Assembly: GCF_001949145.1 (NCBI RefSeq)
Contig: NW_019091356.1
Span: forward strand, 4,384,934 to 4,448,933
DNA length: 64,000 nucleotides
Source: Acanthaster planci
Taxonomy: Eukaryota
Reading direction: 5' to 3'
Below are positions 37,329 through 50,669 of the stretch, piece after piece (position 1 is the first letter of the stretch; every line of letters begins with the position of its first letter). A program made the translations under genes and the position numbers. Below the pieces are notes generated by a model. That model did not search any database. It saw nothing but the letters and a program-made list of their open reading frames with translations, and had not been told where the DNA came from.

Positions 37329-38470
37329 CAAGTTATAAAAATAGCGATCCAAACTTAGCACCGTTTTCTAAAAGATGAAGATTTTTTTCTTTTACAAAAG
37401 ACGGTACCAATGAAACACAAATAACACAACATTTTGATGGACATTTTAAAGTTGAATTTTACTGGCAATGATAAAAAAGAGAATTTACAATGACCCTTTC
37501 TGAAGCTTAGCTAGAAAAATTTAACATCGTCATCTTCAACTTCAGATTTTTATTCCCAAATCCCTTTTCATGGAAATAAATAACACCATAAGATCAAACA
37601 ATAACAGATGTCTTTCGTACACGTTTCATTCGAATGCATATTTACGAAGGAAACAAAACATGCACTGCCCTTTTCAGTTAAAATTGTGTCTTGTCACGCC
37701 CTCATGAGGAGCACATTATCTTCCAAGCCAATTTGATCGGTTTAGTTGCCGACTGAACAAGTAGGGCCTACTAATTGTTTACTGTGCGCACAGCTCTTCG
37801 ACGGTCATAAATGCACATTATATTCACAACCATCGCAAGAATAATAAACATACTTGCTGGCGATAGTATAATGGGTTATTTAACTAGTTGTTAAACATTA
37901 ACACGTTAATTTAACCAAAAATGTCTTACCATCGGATATACCAGTACTCCTAAAACTAACTGAAAAGAACGTTAAGTTTTGCAGTTGAACACCACCATGT
38001 ATATGTGTATATAATTACATTTTTATAAAAAGCTTGCCATTAACTTTCAAAATCAGACATAAAATTTAAAATTAGGGAGAATGAAATACTAATTTCTCGA
38101 AAAAATGTGTCGAAAAAGATTCAAGTTCGGATGAAATTGTAAAGCAGTTTCCAAGTCTTAACGTAAGATTAAGCTCCATTAAATTGTAGTCAGTATTTTA
38201 CATCATATTCACAATTTGAATGTAACAATAATTAATAAATATTCAGCAGTCTTGTCGATTTTTTAAATTTAAGTCTCTGTTTCAATTCTCCTTCGTTTTC
38301 AACAGTTGAAAGGTGAGCGTCATGACGAAAGCGCCCTCAAGCAACCTCAAGTGTGAAACAGCGCCTTCGTTTGTTCCTGCACGAACTAGACAAGATGTCT
38401 ATATTGTCAGTGAGTCCAACCGTTGAATGCATCGCAGTGTGTGCAGCGGAGCCGTGCAGAGAGGAAGCCT

Positions 38471-41400
38471 CTACAAGTAAGTTTCTAGTTCCTCGAAGGA
38501 CACGCTCTTCCGAATGTTATCACCGGATATCTGCCTGTAGAACCGTTTCAAGTAAGGATCGGCCGACATACCAGCGCTGATCGTGTTCTGCAGCCGACGC
38601 TTCTTGTAGACAGACGTACGGGAGCTAGATTGAAATATGCATTGCCAAGATAAAACGACAAAACTTATACTAATATTGTATTTTTCAATGAAGTTTAAAA
38701 ACGGACAATTAACATATTTCCAAAGACACAGAGCAGTGAGATATCTTTCCGTGAACAGTTTCTGCCTATGAGGCATTTCGGTATTCCAACAACGCATGCC
38801 TAAACTGAACAGCGTTCAATTTGGGAACAGGAGCACGCGTGCGCGACGATCTGACGAAACTGCGCGGCCGTACGCTAACTCATGCGCGCACCTTGCTCCC
38901 AACTGACCTTGCCTTGTTGAAATACCGAACTGGCTCATATAGATCGCATTTCCCCAAATCCCTCGCGATTCTTCATCTTGATATTAGGTCTAGTCCGATT
39001 GGAAATGGCTTCCCGCATTTTTGCCATTTTGGCTACACAGTCAGGCTGCCTAACAAGTCAATCTATAGTCCTGTTATCAAGATGGCAAAACGAAGAGGTT
39101 GGTATAAAGTGAGTTACGTCACTGCAAACAATTTATACTAAATCCAGTAAAGGTTGAAAGCCTTTGATTATTCTGACATTGATATGGTGAGGCAACAAGG
39201 GCCGTAAGTGCAAGAGCCGCAACGATAGTCGCAGCTACATCACACCTTCACCCAATACAGCACCTACAGATGGGAATATAACAGCGTCCTACCTAACCAT
39301 CTCTACAGCATCTTTAAGGAGAAGCAGCTCCGCGTGCACTTTGTCCTTACGCTTGACACGAACTCGCATCATCTTCTCCTGCCACAGATATCGCTGTACC
39401 AGTTTCCTCACAATGTTCTGCGGTAGAAAAACGAATGATATGCAAGTCAGTTCTAACGTTGTCACGAAAGTTTAGGCTCGGTACAGACAGGTATACAGGT
39501 TTCTTTTCCGTCTGGATTTGTGTATAGTTGCTAGTTATGCGGACGTTTCCTCATGGTCACAATTATCCGAACCGATAGCACTCTGCAAAGCTGCCACCTC
39601 CTTTGGCTCAAAGTTCTGCCCTGATTTCATACCTGATAGCCATCATGCTGAAAGTTCCTCAAAGCTTCTTTCCTCTGTTAGCAAGAGATACAAAGAGAAA
39701 AGAAAGGAAAATTACAGGACAGTGATTATCATGTAGTGCGTGGTTTCATGTTTCTTCTACTGTTTGAATGAATGATGTAAGATTAGTTACAAGTAGGCTA
39801 TGCCTAACAGAAAGAACATTTTGTTTATGTAAACCTGGTACTGCAAGTGCTTGAAATTGAGTTGAGCCTACCACTTTCTGTCAGAGGAGTCGGCACTAAT
39901 CTATCCCAACCTAACCTGATGTTTTGGACGTGAGCCCCTGTTGAAATGCGCCAAGCGTTGGATCAGTCTGAGAACGCTTCTCATAGACGGGATGATGTTG
40001 AGAGGTGGTGGTATAGTGGCGCTCTCTGAGAGATACTCCGTCATCAACCGTGTCCGGGCAACCTTCCATTCCACGTCGGAATTTTCCTTCACAGAACACA
40101 CAACGAAGTTGTTTTCTCATTGTGTGTTTACCCAGTCACAAAGTCATTGATCAGAAAACCAGGCCAGCATACGCGAACACATTAAGGTAAAATAATGCCG
40201 GTGATTGCGTACCCACCTCAACACGGGTGTATGTGTTGCTCATCATAGCGATAAGGGCGTTCAAAAGTACGACCACGCCCACCAAAGAGTAAGCAGCGTA
40301 CAGGATGGTACCCACGACCTGAGAAAATCCTAAGTCGGCGTTCATTTTTAGGTTGTCGAGATTCATCAAGTCAAAAAGAGACCAGAATAAAGTCTCAATC
40401 GAGTTCCACAAGCTGGAAAAAATATCATGAGGATGTCCGTTATTCACTCAGTAAACATATTTTGACCCTAAAAGAGCCGGGCGCGGACTCGTCGACATTA
40501 TTCTGACATCACCACAGGAGTGGAACCTTTTGGAGTTTTTAGAGTTTCTCTTTGCAATCATTTTGACACTAGTTTTGCGAGCATCGAACATGCTATTCTT
40601 GCGCAGCGCGCATTTTTCCGAGACTGGTCAGCCCAAAATGTACACCGATTCTTTTTCCACTGCGGTGCTCGATGCACTCGGGCTAGCATACATGTAGCCT
40701 AGAACTTCAAATCGGACCGTAACAACAAAAGCATTGTGTGTGATTGAATTCAAACTTCACATTTTGTAATGATAAGGAGTGTCTTTAGGCCTACATGCCA
40801 AGTTTTAAAGACTCGAGCAAAGCACAACCGAGTTCTTGGCGATGGGCCAAAATAACCCGGCTCTTTTAGCGTAAAAAATAGAATAAGAAGGTCAAAATAA
40901 CGTTATAGACTTATACAATACATTTATAATACCAAAGCCGTATCCAGCAATAATGAACCTTATAGCCGCATCCAAAACGGATGTCCAGACCAACACGACT
41001 ATGTCTATGTCAGCATTATGCTCACGTATTGGCATCTGCCAAAGACCTGTCGGTGTATCCAAAAGATCTGGACGCAGCCTACCTTCCGAAGGCATGATCC
41101 TCACACTCTCCCTCGCACGTTTCTTGCCTGACCATCTCGTAAGTTCGGAAGATCTGGGTCATTCCCAGCGAGAAGGCCAGCCCCACGATGCTGAAAAGCA
41201 GCAAGAACCTGCCGATGTCTCGGGCCATGCCGCCCATGGAAATGTGGAGTGGTCCGACGAAGCTCATGGCTACCATAGCGTTAAGCAGACCCAGCTGGGT
41301 TAACACGTTAGCGATGGCAAAGGCAGCTTCTGCGATGAACAGCGGGTCGTGTGGGGACAATATCACCTTAGGAGGTCCGGATCCGGAGGGACTTCCGCCT

Positions 41401-44400
41401 GTCGTGGAGTTGTTGATACATCTTGCTGGTACACTATCCCCTGGAAACAGCCTGAAGTGGAATGTAAGTTGAATTTTAGACTTTTTAAATGTTTTTAAGC
41501 AATTTCATATTTCAGCACGGGGAACTCGGAGTCGGTCTACCATTATGCATTCAATGAAATGTTTGATTAATAGATAGGTCCATATTTATCCAGGATTTAG
41601 AAAACTGTATATGTCCAACTCACTGGTTCAGAGTTTCACAGCGTTGAATTCTACGTTGTTCTTTGCCTCCGTCTGACTCTAACACGTGGAAAGTGTAGTC
41701 CACCTGTGATAAAAATAGCAATAAATACTGGATCAAAAGATGTCAAACAATGAAAAAAAGGTTCTCCAATGGATTAACGGTCGATAGCCTCTCTTAACTT
41801 TACTTTTCCTTTACACCAAAAGTATTATCGGATTTGTCGACACTGCTGTCGACACTGATACCAACGCTGATGAGCTCATGTTTATAAATTGCTGACCTTT
41901 ATGTACGACACAACGCTGAGGGCAATGTAAATCCAGTAGAACATCAACTGCACGGTATGAACCATGTTCCAGCCGTTTTTTACATAAAGGCGAATTCCAC
42001 GCCGCCATACTCCTTTCATCTCTCTCCACGTCATCCCTAGCAACGGAAACAGAGACAGCAGACAGAGAGTGAGACACGTGTAAACAATAATCCGAGTGCA
42101 AACACAGATCAGACAGACGAAAGACGAAGATACCAGGTTGAACAAAACCTTATAAACATGTGGGGTGCTGGCCTCTTTCGCCGGCTGCATTAATTTGAAT
42201 AATGACTGTGTGTAGGCCAATACAGATTTATCATCTTACCGATAATCCAAAAGAAGATAATCCAAGGCACAGCCTGGTTCAACTGCCATTCGTCATGTAC
42301 ACGGTACGACATTACTGTCGATCCGTCTACCGAGCTCTTGATGACTTCCAGATGGTGTCCGGTCACCGATGTAAAAAGGAGCAGTACCAGGAAGGTGAGA
42401 CGGGATCCGGCGTGCAGCAAGAATCGAACGTAACTATACAAGTACGGATAACAAAATGTGGCGGATTTTTCCTATTTCAAAGTCTTTTAGCTATGAGAAC
42501 CTAACTGTGACATATTTTGCACGCAGCCAGAAACGTTGAAGACTGATAGGCCAAACTCTCGTGCACGAGCCTCAGCACGAGACAGAGTTTGAATCAACTG
42601 TCTTTGGCCAGGCTGAATGTAAGGTGCATTGTATCGACACATATTAGCCGCTAATAGTAACTTCCATACGTGCACGTGTTAATGCTAGCCACAACAAACG
42701 CCTCCCATGTGCAGTAAGTCGTTTCAAACATCCCACGAATTGATCTACCATGTAGACTTATAGATTAACTTTCGTTTTGATAAGTTACAGTTAACGAGGA
42801 ACACGTTGAGGTGTTCCATTCACTCACGGCGTGCGGATGAAATTCGACATTTTGCCCCAAGGAGTGAAGATGTAAAAGAGACAGAGGAAAGGCCACGCGA
42901 CCATGATGAGGCTGGACATGCTGGCCATTCTAACGGAGGTCATTTTCCGCCATGTTTCATCCGAGCCGCTGTACCAACGGGACAACATGTAGTCCTGGCA
43001 TGTTGAGTGAGCGACAAACTGCGTTATAACCAGAGAAAGATTTAACTGCAGGGTATATTCTGTCGGCTGGATCTACAGTTTTCAAACAAACCTCATTACT
43101 TAGGCATCTGTACCGAAGGAATGACTGACCATTATCAGTTCAAGACCAGATGGCCATAACTTTTTTTGGGGGGGGGGGTAATCACATCAGTAATAAACAA
43201 ACAGTAGCATACCCGTTTGAAATCGAACTTGATAGCTTCTTGTAGTCTGACGGGCAGTGCATGGCGCGTGGCGAAGATTTCCGTGTTTGGATCGGCCACA
43301 AATCGCTGCGCTCCTAATACGGCCTCAATCTCGTCGAGATTACGAGCGAAGCCCAGGAGACGTGTCACAAACTGCTCCAGGTTGGCTGACAACTCTTCGT
43401 ACTCTTCCTGTGTGGTAAAGACATGTTGACAATGATACGCAAAAAGGAAGACAAGATAAAATAAGAGATCGCAGGAACAACCGCATCTAACAAATTGATT
43501 TTTCGTGCTCAATATCAATTACGAACCCGTTCATGCAAAATAATAAAGTTCGCATTAATGCAAGGTCCTATTTACTTCAGTGGTTGTTGTGATGCTTCCG
43601 ACCAGCAAAAATGAATGGAGGTACTACTTAAACGTACTCGGTATGAAATACCGGTACCCAACAACACCTTCTGGTGTGGCATTATAGCCATATGAATGTA
43701 CCTTCAGCTGGGTCACAGTATTGGACAGGGTACGGAGCTGATTAGCGAGCCAGAAAGCTGCATCCATCGGGTCCTCACTAGCCAACAGCAGGTAGGCTTG
43801 GCTTGTGATTGCCTGGTACCAGCGTAGCTGAGCCAGGGCTCTTTCGAAGCTATCGCTTTTGATGCGGGCCAAGACAGCCTTTAGGCTCGGTATGCGAGCG
43901 CCGTAGTCCAACAGAATCTGTCCAAACAGCAATACAGAACAGTAAACTTGTGCAATGCTTTGTGTTGGGTTTACAAAATTATGTCATACCTACTGATTGG
44001 GCATCAACCAGGGTCGGAACCTAAGTGCCATATGACTACCGGGCAAGGGGGGGGGGCTGGTTAGCCTTTCCCCAAGGGGACAACCGACTGATTCAAACTA
44101 ATAATTCCACCTTCATTCATTTGCTGGGAGGGTCTTTGATCCCTCTAACCTAACAAAGCGTAATTAAGATACGTAGAAATATGACAGGTCTGCGTAGCAC
44201 CGTGATCAGAATATAGTCTGACAAAAATATTATATAATAAGTGCTTTTAATTTGTAATTACTGAGCTTTCCGTAAGGTTTTCCCAGTTAATGAAAGCTCG
44301 GCAACATCATTCAGAGCAATGATTATATATAATATTTTTGTCTATATTAAGATACGTAGCACAGGAGTTTGACAACATACACCAAGTTAATGACGAGTGG

Positions 44401-46065
44401 GCAAAGCAGGCCTATACAATAGTTCAATTGAAAACAACACCAAATCTTTTCAGCGTAGCATATGTGTCAAGAGATTCTCTCGGTTTAACAGCATTTTTTT
44501 TTTGCAAAATACAAGGCACTAACGTTGTACATGAAGAAAGCAAATATTGCAGATGGTAATAACCAGTGATCACATACGTGTACATGTCACTGCAGGACCA
44601 GCAACTTTACAACAATCCTTGAAAAAGGTAATTATATCGTGAGCAAATAGCTTCAGAATTTGCCCACGGGGTATACTGCATGAGTCAGCCTGATTCTCGG
44701 TTTTTAATCTCGGCTTTCTCTGAGAAACGAATTACTTTAAAGACTGACGTCATAAAAAACAGTATTTTCTGTTTTCCCGGGAAATTACCAGGACTCTGTT
44801 AACCGATTTTTCATCCTGTTATAATGTCTTACCTTTACGATGGTGTAGTCGTTAAGGATAGCCGCCAGTTGCAGTGGATTCGAACCAGGCGGGAAATTCA
44901 CACTGGATGGAAAACCATTCACGAAATCCTTCCCAATCTCCCGCCAAAGAGAGATGCAAAGATTCCAGTACTTAGTACATTTTCAGCAGTCAAGAGACAC
45001 TGCTGTCAAAATGAGTCAGTCAAGACTCGGGCGTGCCAAGCAACCTGGTTGTGGCCAATAATGTTGGATGTCGCTTTTGGCCATTGGACGGTGTAACCCG
45101 TTTCACAGAAAGTGAAATTAGATTCTGAACCTGGTGTCTTTTCATGTAGCATCGTTTTAATTGCCTTAAAAGCAGTCGGGTTTGATTCTTTCATTACAGT
45201 CAAAGAGTTTTCTCGGGTTCCTTCATGCACTCCAGAGCCAGCACACAATGAATCTCTACACCAAGTGTATACACATGTAATAATCGACATTAATAAATCA
45301 AATATTGTGAATTAGGCCTGTGAAATCTTCTACAGTTAAAAAACCCTAGCGACGGTCGCTTCACTCTGAAGGTTCAAATGTCCATCTTTACCTTAACTTT
45401 CTCGGACTCCGAGTACCGACAGAGGGCTTTAACGGCCCCCGCGAATTGTACCTCCACAGCCATCAGTAAGGCGTCGCCGATATACACATCATGCTCCAAT
45501 AGAATATGGATCACGTCTATGTCAACAGACAAGCACCAAAAAAAATATCAAAGTCAAAATATTATAGGCCTACTAACAAAAAGTCGTTGGGAGTGTCGGG
45601 AATTATTCGCCTTTAGCATACCCAGGCTGTACCTTGGTTTCAGATGACTGTCAAATTTATTTGAAATTTCTACTCATCACCCTGTTGATGTGTTCCACCC
45701 AGGACGAAAATGCCAACACGAGTCTTGCGTTCATGTCGCTCTAATTTAAGAAGCAAACACCTTGGTCTACGATGACGATTATTCGGCGTACCCCCGGTAT
45801 ATATAAACGCGGCATAGTGTCCTTTGACGTGAATCGACTTTCACTAACAAATCACACTCTAATGCGGGTTGATTCCAAAAGCATCTCATTTCCTCCCACT
45901 AAACTCACCTAAATAACCCTCCTGTATAGCAATCATGAGCGGATTTCGACCTTCACTGTCCCTGCACTGGAGGTTGATCATGCCGCCATATGTGCTCAAA
46001 ATCCGCTTAACCTCTTCCACCTGGTTCTGTTCCACTGCATCCAGAAACTTGGCCTCAAGAGACAT
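38471..46065 (-). CDS. Divergent TRPC-like (short transient receptor potential) cation channel, ~15 exons, ~819 aa; 3' end uncertain
   Basis: Exons 45909-46065, 45392-45516, 44833-44937, 43702-43917, 43213-43407, 42828-43018, 42240-42433, 41897-42036, 41624-41703, 41083-41451, 40217-40412, 39916-40086, 39633-39674, 39293(or 39298)-39417, candidate last exon 38471-38624. Ankyrin repeats (GRNPLMIAI, IGDALLMAV, PLQLAA), FVAHSTCQ, DPLFIAE, VGPLHISMGGMARDI, pore LFWSLF, S6 LLNALIAMMSNTY, TRP box EWKVAR, PPPLNIIPS, YQNIVRKLVQRY. Confidence 0.88.
40465..40872. mobile_element. MITE (degenerate piggyBac-like ends) in a TRPC intron
   Basis: ACCCTAAAAGAGCCGGG / CCCGGCTCTTTTAGCGT TIRs (1 mismatch). Confidence 0.65.
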
Positions 46066-47710
46066 TTTGAACACGGACCTCTGGAGGTAAGGCGTTTACG
46101 GAACAATATTTCGTAAGTGAACGTTTTATGTTGTTACAATGATGCTTGCTGTAGGGATAGATGAACAAGACAAAATCCTATGGGCAATATTCAATAATTT
46201 TCATTCCAAACTGGTCAATTAATATTTGTAGATTTCCGTAAAAAGAACAAACAACACGTGCCAGTGCTTAGAGAAAACGTAAAATAAAGAACATAGCTGG
46301 AATATTCCAGATGAACTTTGAAGTTTTTTAAGGACAAAGTGGTTAGGTAAACAGTTTGTGGTAGCGCCATGCTAGGATATACTCTATTCCAGTTCACAGA
46401 GAAAAACAACCGTCCATATTTAAACAGTATATACAAACATATATATATAACATACGTATATATGCAGTCAAGACACTGATTAACCAGGCTAGATGTATAT
46501 GCAGGTTAATCCATAACACGAATAATACAACATCCTTGTCTTACTTCTGCAGGCTATGACCTCGTCGTCACAAATGTAGCACTGCTGAAATGATGAACTC
46601 CATGAATACCGTGGATATCATCGATGGAAGTCAGCGTGCTGACATCAACGACACGTTGGACAGGCCAAGTGCACGTAGAATATCCCCACTTTTAAGTCAC
46701 ATCTGCACTTCAACTATTTCTAAACGTGTACGTGTGTAGGTCTACTGAATTCGCGATAACGCGCGCCACTCCGCAGAAATACCTAAGTCGTCTGACCTAC
46801 CAGCAGAAAAGCTCGGTGTCACGGAAATTTCCTCGTCACTGGTTTTTATGTAACAGTCATAAGAGCTTGGCGAATCATGCCAATTTCACATCTTCCAAGA
46901 CATGACAGTGATAACAGTTTATATAGTTGTAGTATTATTATTCACATACTTGAATTGTGTGGATTGCTCGTCAGGCAGACAAAATTTCAAGGACTAAACG
47001 AAAAATAAGCACACAGTGTATTTTCCTCAAGTTTCCGAAATGAAAGCTCAATCCTCAATCTCTATAATGTACGCTATACAACGAAAGAAACTCTGTTTAT
47101 CATCGAATTCCATAAAGAAAGGTTCACAGCGGAACCAAGAAAAATAACGGCCAAAATATGGGAACTTAGGCATTAAATTTAATTACAAATTTCGTCCATA
47201 AATGATTTTTTCTAATACAATCAAATAAACACATCTGAACCGAAAAGGAAAAAAAAACTGAAAACAGCAGTAAATGTTAAAACAAAAACCCAAAAGAAAG
47301 AACTAAAGAGCTATATACAATTTCAACTTAGCCAACTAGTTTACCGGTAAATTTGTTTTCGTTCTTGTAACTTTAATTAATGGAAATCAGTTTATTTCAT
47401 ACACTTCCGTTAAATGAATTCGATATTTGGAGACACAGTTTGGTGCATTGTTTGAAATCTTGTATTTACAACGGCAAACTATACATGTCAACAAATGAAG
47501 ACAAACTGCCCACAACTGATGATGCAACATGATGACATTTCGATTGACAACTTGATTGCTCTCTGAGAACTCTGTTACTTACATACACTAAAGGGGCACA
47601 CCAAAATGTATCCTGAAAGTGAGATCCTTACAACTGGGTGAGTTTGATGAGTGTTTCCAAGCAAAATGTAACGACCAGTCAGTGAGGAAGAACGAAGGAA
47701 TAAAAACGGC

Positions 47711-50180
47711 TCACGCCAGGAGGGTAAGCAACTTGATGCTGAGATCATTTTTAGCGGCCAGGATCTCTTCCTGTCTTTTGTTCAGTTGATGAAGTTCTGC
47801 GATCATCCCCAAGGCCTCTGCTCTCTTCTGTCTCCGAGTCCTCTTCCTGGCTGCGGCAGAGTCCACCTGTTCTCCTTCCGCTGCCATTGCTGGGATGGTT
47901 TCTTGGAGGATGCGAGCGTTGATTTGTTCACTGCAAGGACCATCCGGGAAAGTGACATGGTTAAGTTCAAGCTCCAAAGAAACTGGACTTGGGGGTCACA
48001 GCTTTAGGGAAATCTCTTACCTTAGCTCTTCCAAGCTTGTGCCCTCAAACTGCTGAGGTGCTGGAGCCTCCACAATTTGTGGCTCCACCTCTATGGTCTG
48101 CTCCACATCTCGGAAGAACGGCCAAGAGATCACTGGGACATACTCCTTCCCATCTCCTGCATCAATGGCCGGCTGATTCAGGAGTCTCTGAAAGAAGAAT
48201 GGATTCATGAAAGCAGAACGGCAGATCAAGGAAATGGCAATAAAATCTTGGATCAAATAGTTTATTCATCAAGTACATGTACAGTGTCCTCAGTTGGTGA
48301 TCGCTAGACTGGGATTTGATCAAGAGGTTGTTGGATATGCATGTATCCTCTTCGCAACTGATAAATTTCTTTGGTCTCTTACCCTGTAGAGCTGTGACAT
48401 GTTGTTCCATTTCTTCCGAGCTTGCATTGGAGTCACCTTTCCTGTCAAACCCATCTCTTCTAGAATCACCCTAAAAAAAAAAGAGAGAGAAAGTCAAATG
48501 CCAATAAACAAATATACTATAGTAAAATTGATTTGTCATATTTCAATAAAATAAATTGAAGTACCATGACAGATATGATGAGTAATCAAGTATTTGAAAC
48601 AATTAAGTCATGTATGAAAATAAGATTCCAGAATGGCAAATGTGTTTTATTTTCCGTAATGCTAATTTTCATGATCATTCTTACGCATATGTTTTCTGGA
48701 TACTGCCCCGCTTTCCTGTGAAAAAGTTGGTGATATATTTCCTGCGAAGTTCAAGGAAACGTCTTGTTTCATCTTCCGACCCTAATTAGGAGAAAAAACA
48801 ATGCGAAAGGAGTAATACAAACGTTTTAAGACGGTGAAAATAACACTTATAAAAACAGTTGCAGCGGCTGAATCTCAGGCCACTTAAAATTACTGTTTAG
48901 GTTCACATCATCCAGACTGGAACAAAACGCAGTTGAGAGGAATTCATCATCATAAGCCGGCAGCTATTACAGCTAAAGCGCACTGTAGGCGTACATTACA
49001 CATCACTAGCTAGTTTTAAGGGTCATACTATTTAGCGTCAATAAGCCTCAACAGAGTTATACAAGCATATTTATGCAAAGATTTTATTTACAATGTTAAA
49101 TTAGGCTCCCACATATCAAATTCAGTGTATCACATCTATCTGAAATGATATTTGCGTGTTGAAATTTGAGTGACTAAGTCGGGCCTGTTTGTGCAGTCCA
49201 ACCGGCTACCATCTTGTTTTTGTGTGGACTGCAGAGGAAAGAAAGATGGCAGCCCCATACACTGAAAAAATTTTCGTTTTCCTGCAAGAATCTGGAAGCA
49301 AATTCGGTGTTTCTTTTACACAGTGGCAAGTGTTAGAGTCTTTAAAATATGATAAAACCATTTTTAAATCTGTAGAGGGTATTTTCAAGTTGTTGATACT
49401 TTGTTGACCCTACTTGTGTGTGTTGATGGTTGTGATGCTTGTTGACGCTAAACAGCATGGCAGAGTTTTATGTTGTGCATGAAAAACTATCTGCTGTTAC
49501 CTTGAGGTAAATGCAAATGACAGCAAATGTGCCTGTTGATTTGGAAATTTGTCTGACAAAAACTATGTTTAAAAAATAAGTGTTTACTTAAAAAAATTGC
49601 AGCGGCCATGAAAACTGTGGTAGTTAATGATGTGAACCTAAAACTAGTAATAGGGCCTAGCCTAAACAGTCACACTCAAATCTAACAAATATAAACCCTT
49701 TACAGCTTTAAAATATAGGCCTATTAAAGTATTAGTAAACACACAAAACTCTGAAAAATATGTCTGATCACTGAACTAGGATTAAACTCCATGGCTTGAC
49801 GGCGTGAATTATTAGCTAGGTCAACATACAACACTACAGAGGGAATGAAATAGAGAAATTTACATTCAGAATTCGGGAGGCGCGGTATTATGCTCGCGTT
49901 TATTCCAAATTCCATGCACCTTCAGACCTTCCCCAGACGAGACACCCCCCCCGGGTCAACGGGGCACGCGTCCCTTGCAAACTGCGGTCGGTGAGCGTCG
50001 AGCGATCACAACCACTCTGCTTTTGTCAATCTTTCCAACCCTAAATAAAGATGTGTTGAGCTTGCATGGCCTGTACATACATTTATACTGTTCATCCTTC
50101 TTCAATCGCCGGTGACCCGGACCGTACACATGATCAGCTAAAGCAGTACTTTTACTTTTGGGTGAAGCTGTGGTTGACAT
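47711..50180 (-). CDS. Myb/SANT-like DNA-binding domain protein (MSANTD / Harbinger-Myb-like), 5 exons, 223 aa
   Basis: Exons 50081-50180, 48685-48781, 48383-48470, 48021-48187, 47711-47930 join in phase through canonical GT-AG sites (672 nt). Translation: ...QYKWSEDETRRFLELRRKY...TYAVILEEMGLTGKVTPMQARKKWNNMSQLYR...SWPFFRDVEQ... followed by a basic RKRTRRQKR and a C-terminal coiled coil. The W-x3-ET, Q-x-RKKW-x-N and WPFF motifs are typical of Myb_DNA-bind_4/trihelix domains. Confidence 0.78.
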
Positions 50181-50669
50181 TCTCCGGTGTGAGGAGTGTT
50201 GATTTTCGCTGAAACTTTTTAAAAACTTGCCAGGAACCTAGCTGCTTCCTCGTCCGGCTACAGCTCAAAATGGCGGCAAATCCTGAGCGTAGCATACATT
50301 ACGTGAACGCTTCACTTGCAAAGCCAAGCCCCATACGTAGCCAGAATTAGCACAATGTGTATAGAACGCCAAAATCACAAAATTAGTTGGAAGCAAACTT
50401 GCAGTAAATGTTTCCCTAAAAAGTTAATTTTTAGGAGCAAATGTGCAAACAAACAGCTGCAAATTCCTATATTAATTGATTTTCTGTCCTGTGTATGATC
50501 ATTTTTTCATAAAATACGTTTTTATACTACATAGATAATTTTTGTGATGACATTCTTTTGGAGCTTAGGCGTTGAATAGTTACTTCACACTTCACTGGTG
50601 CATAGCATTCCCACCAGTGCAAACTTACTGAACGGGCACCCGCGAAAGCACGTGTATTTATTTTCCAAG
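50181..50669. promoter_or_regulatory. Bidirectional promoter between the Myb/SANT gene and POLR1B
   Basis: The two divergent start codons are 489 nt apart. The flanks are CpG-rich. YY1-like motifs: CAAAATGGCGGC (50266-50277) and CAAGATGGCTGC overlapping the POLR1B ATG (50666-50677). Confidence 0.6.

Noticed and set aside
47931..48020. Apparent stop/frameshift suggesting the Myb/SANT gene is a pseudogene
   Set aside because: Resolved by a 90-nt GT-AG intron (donor AG|GTAAGA, branch CTTAAC, acceptor TTGCAG) that keeps the frame open.
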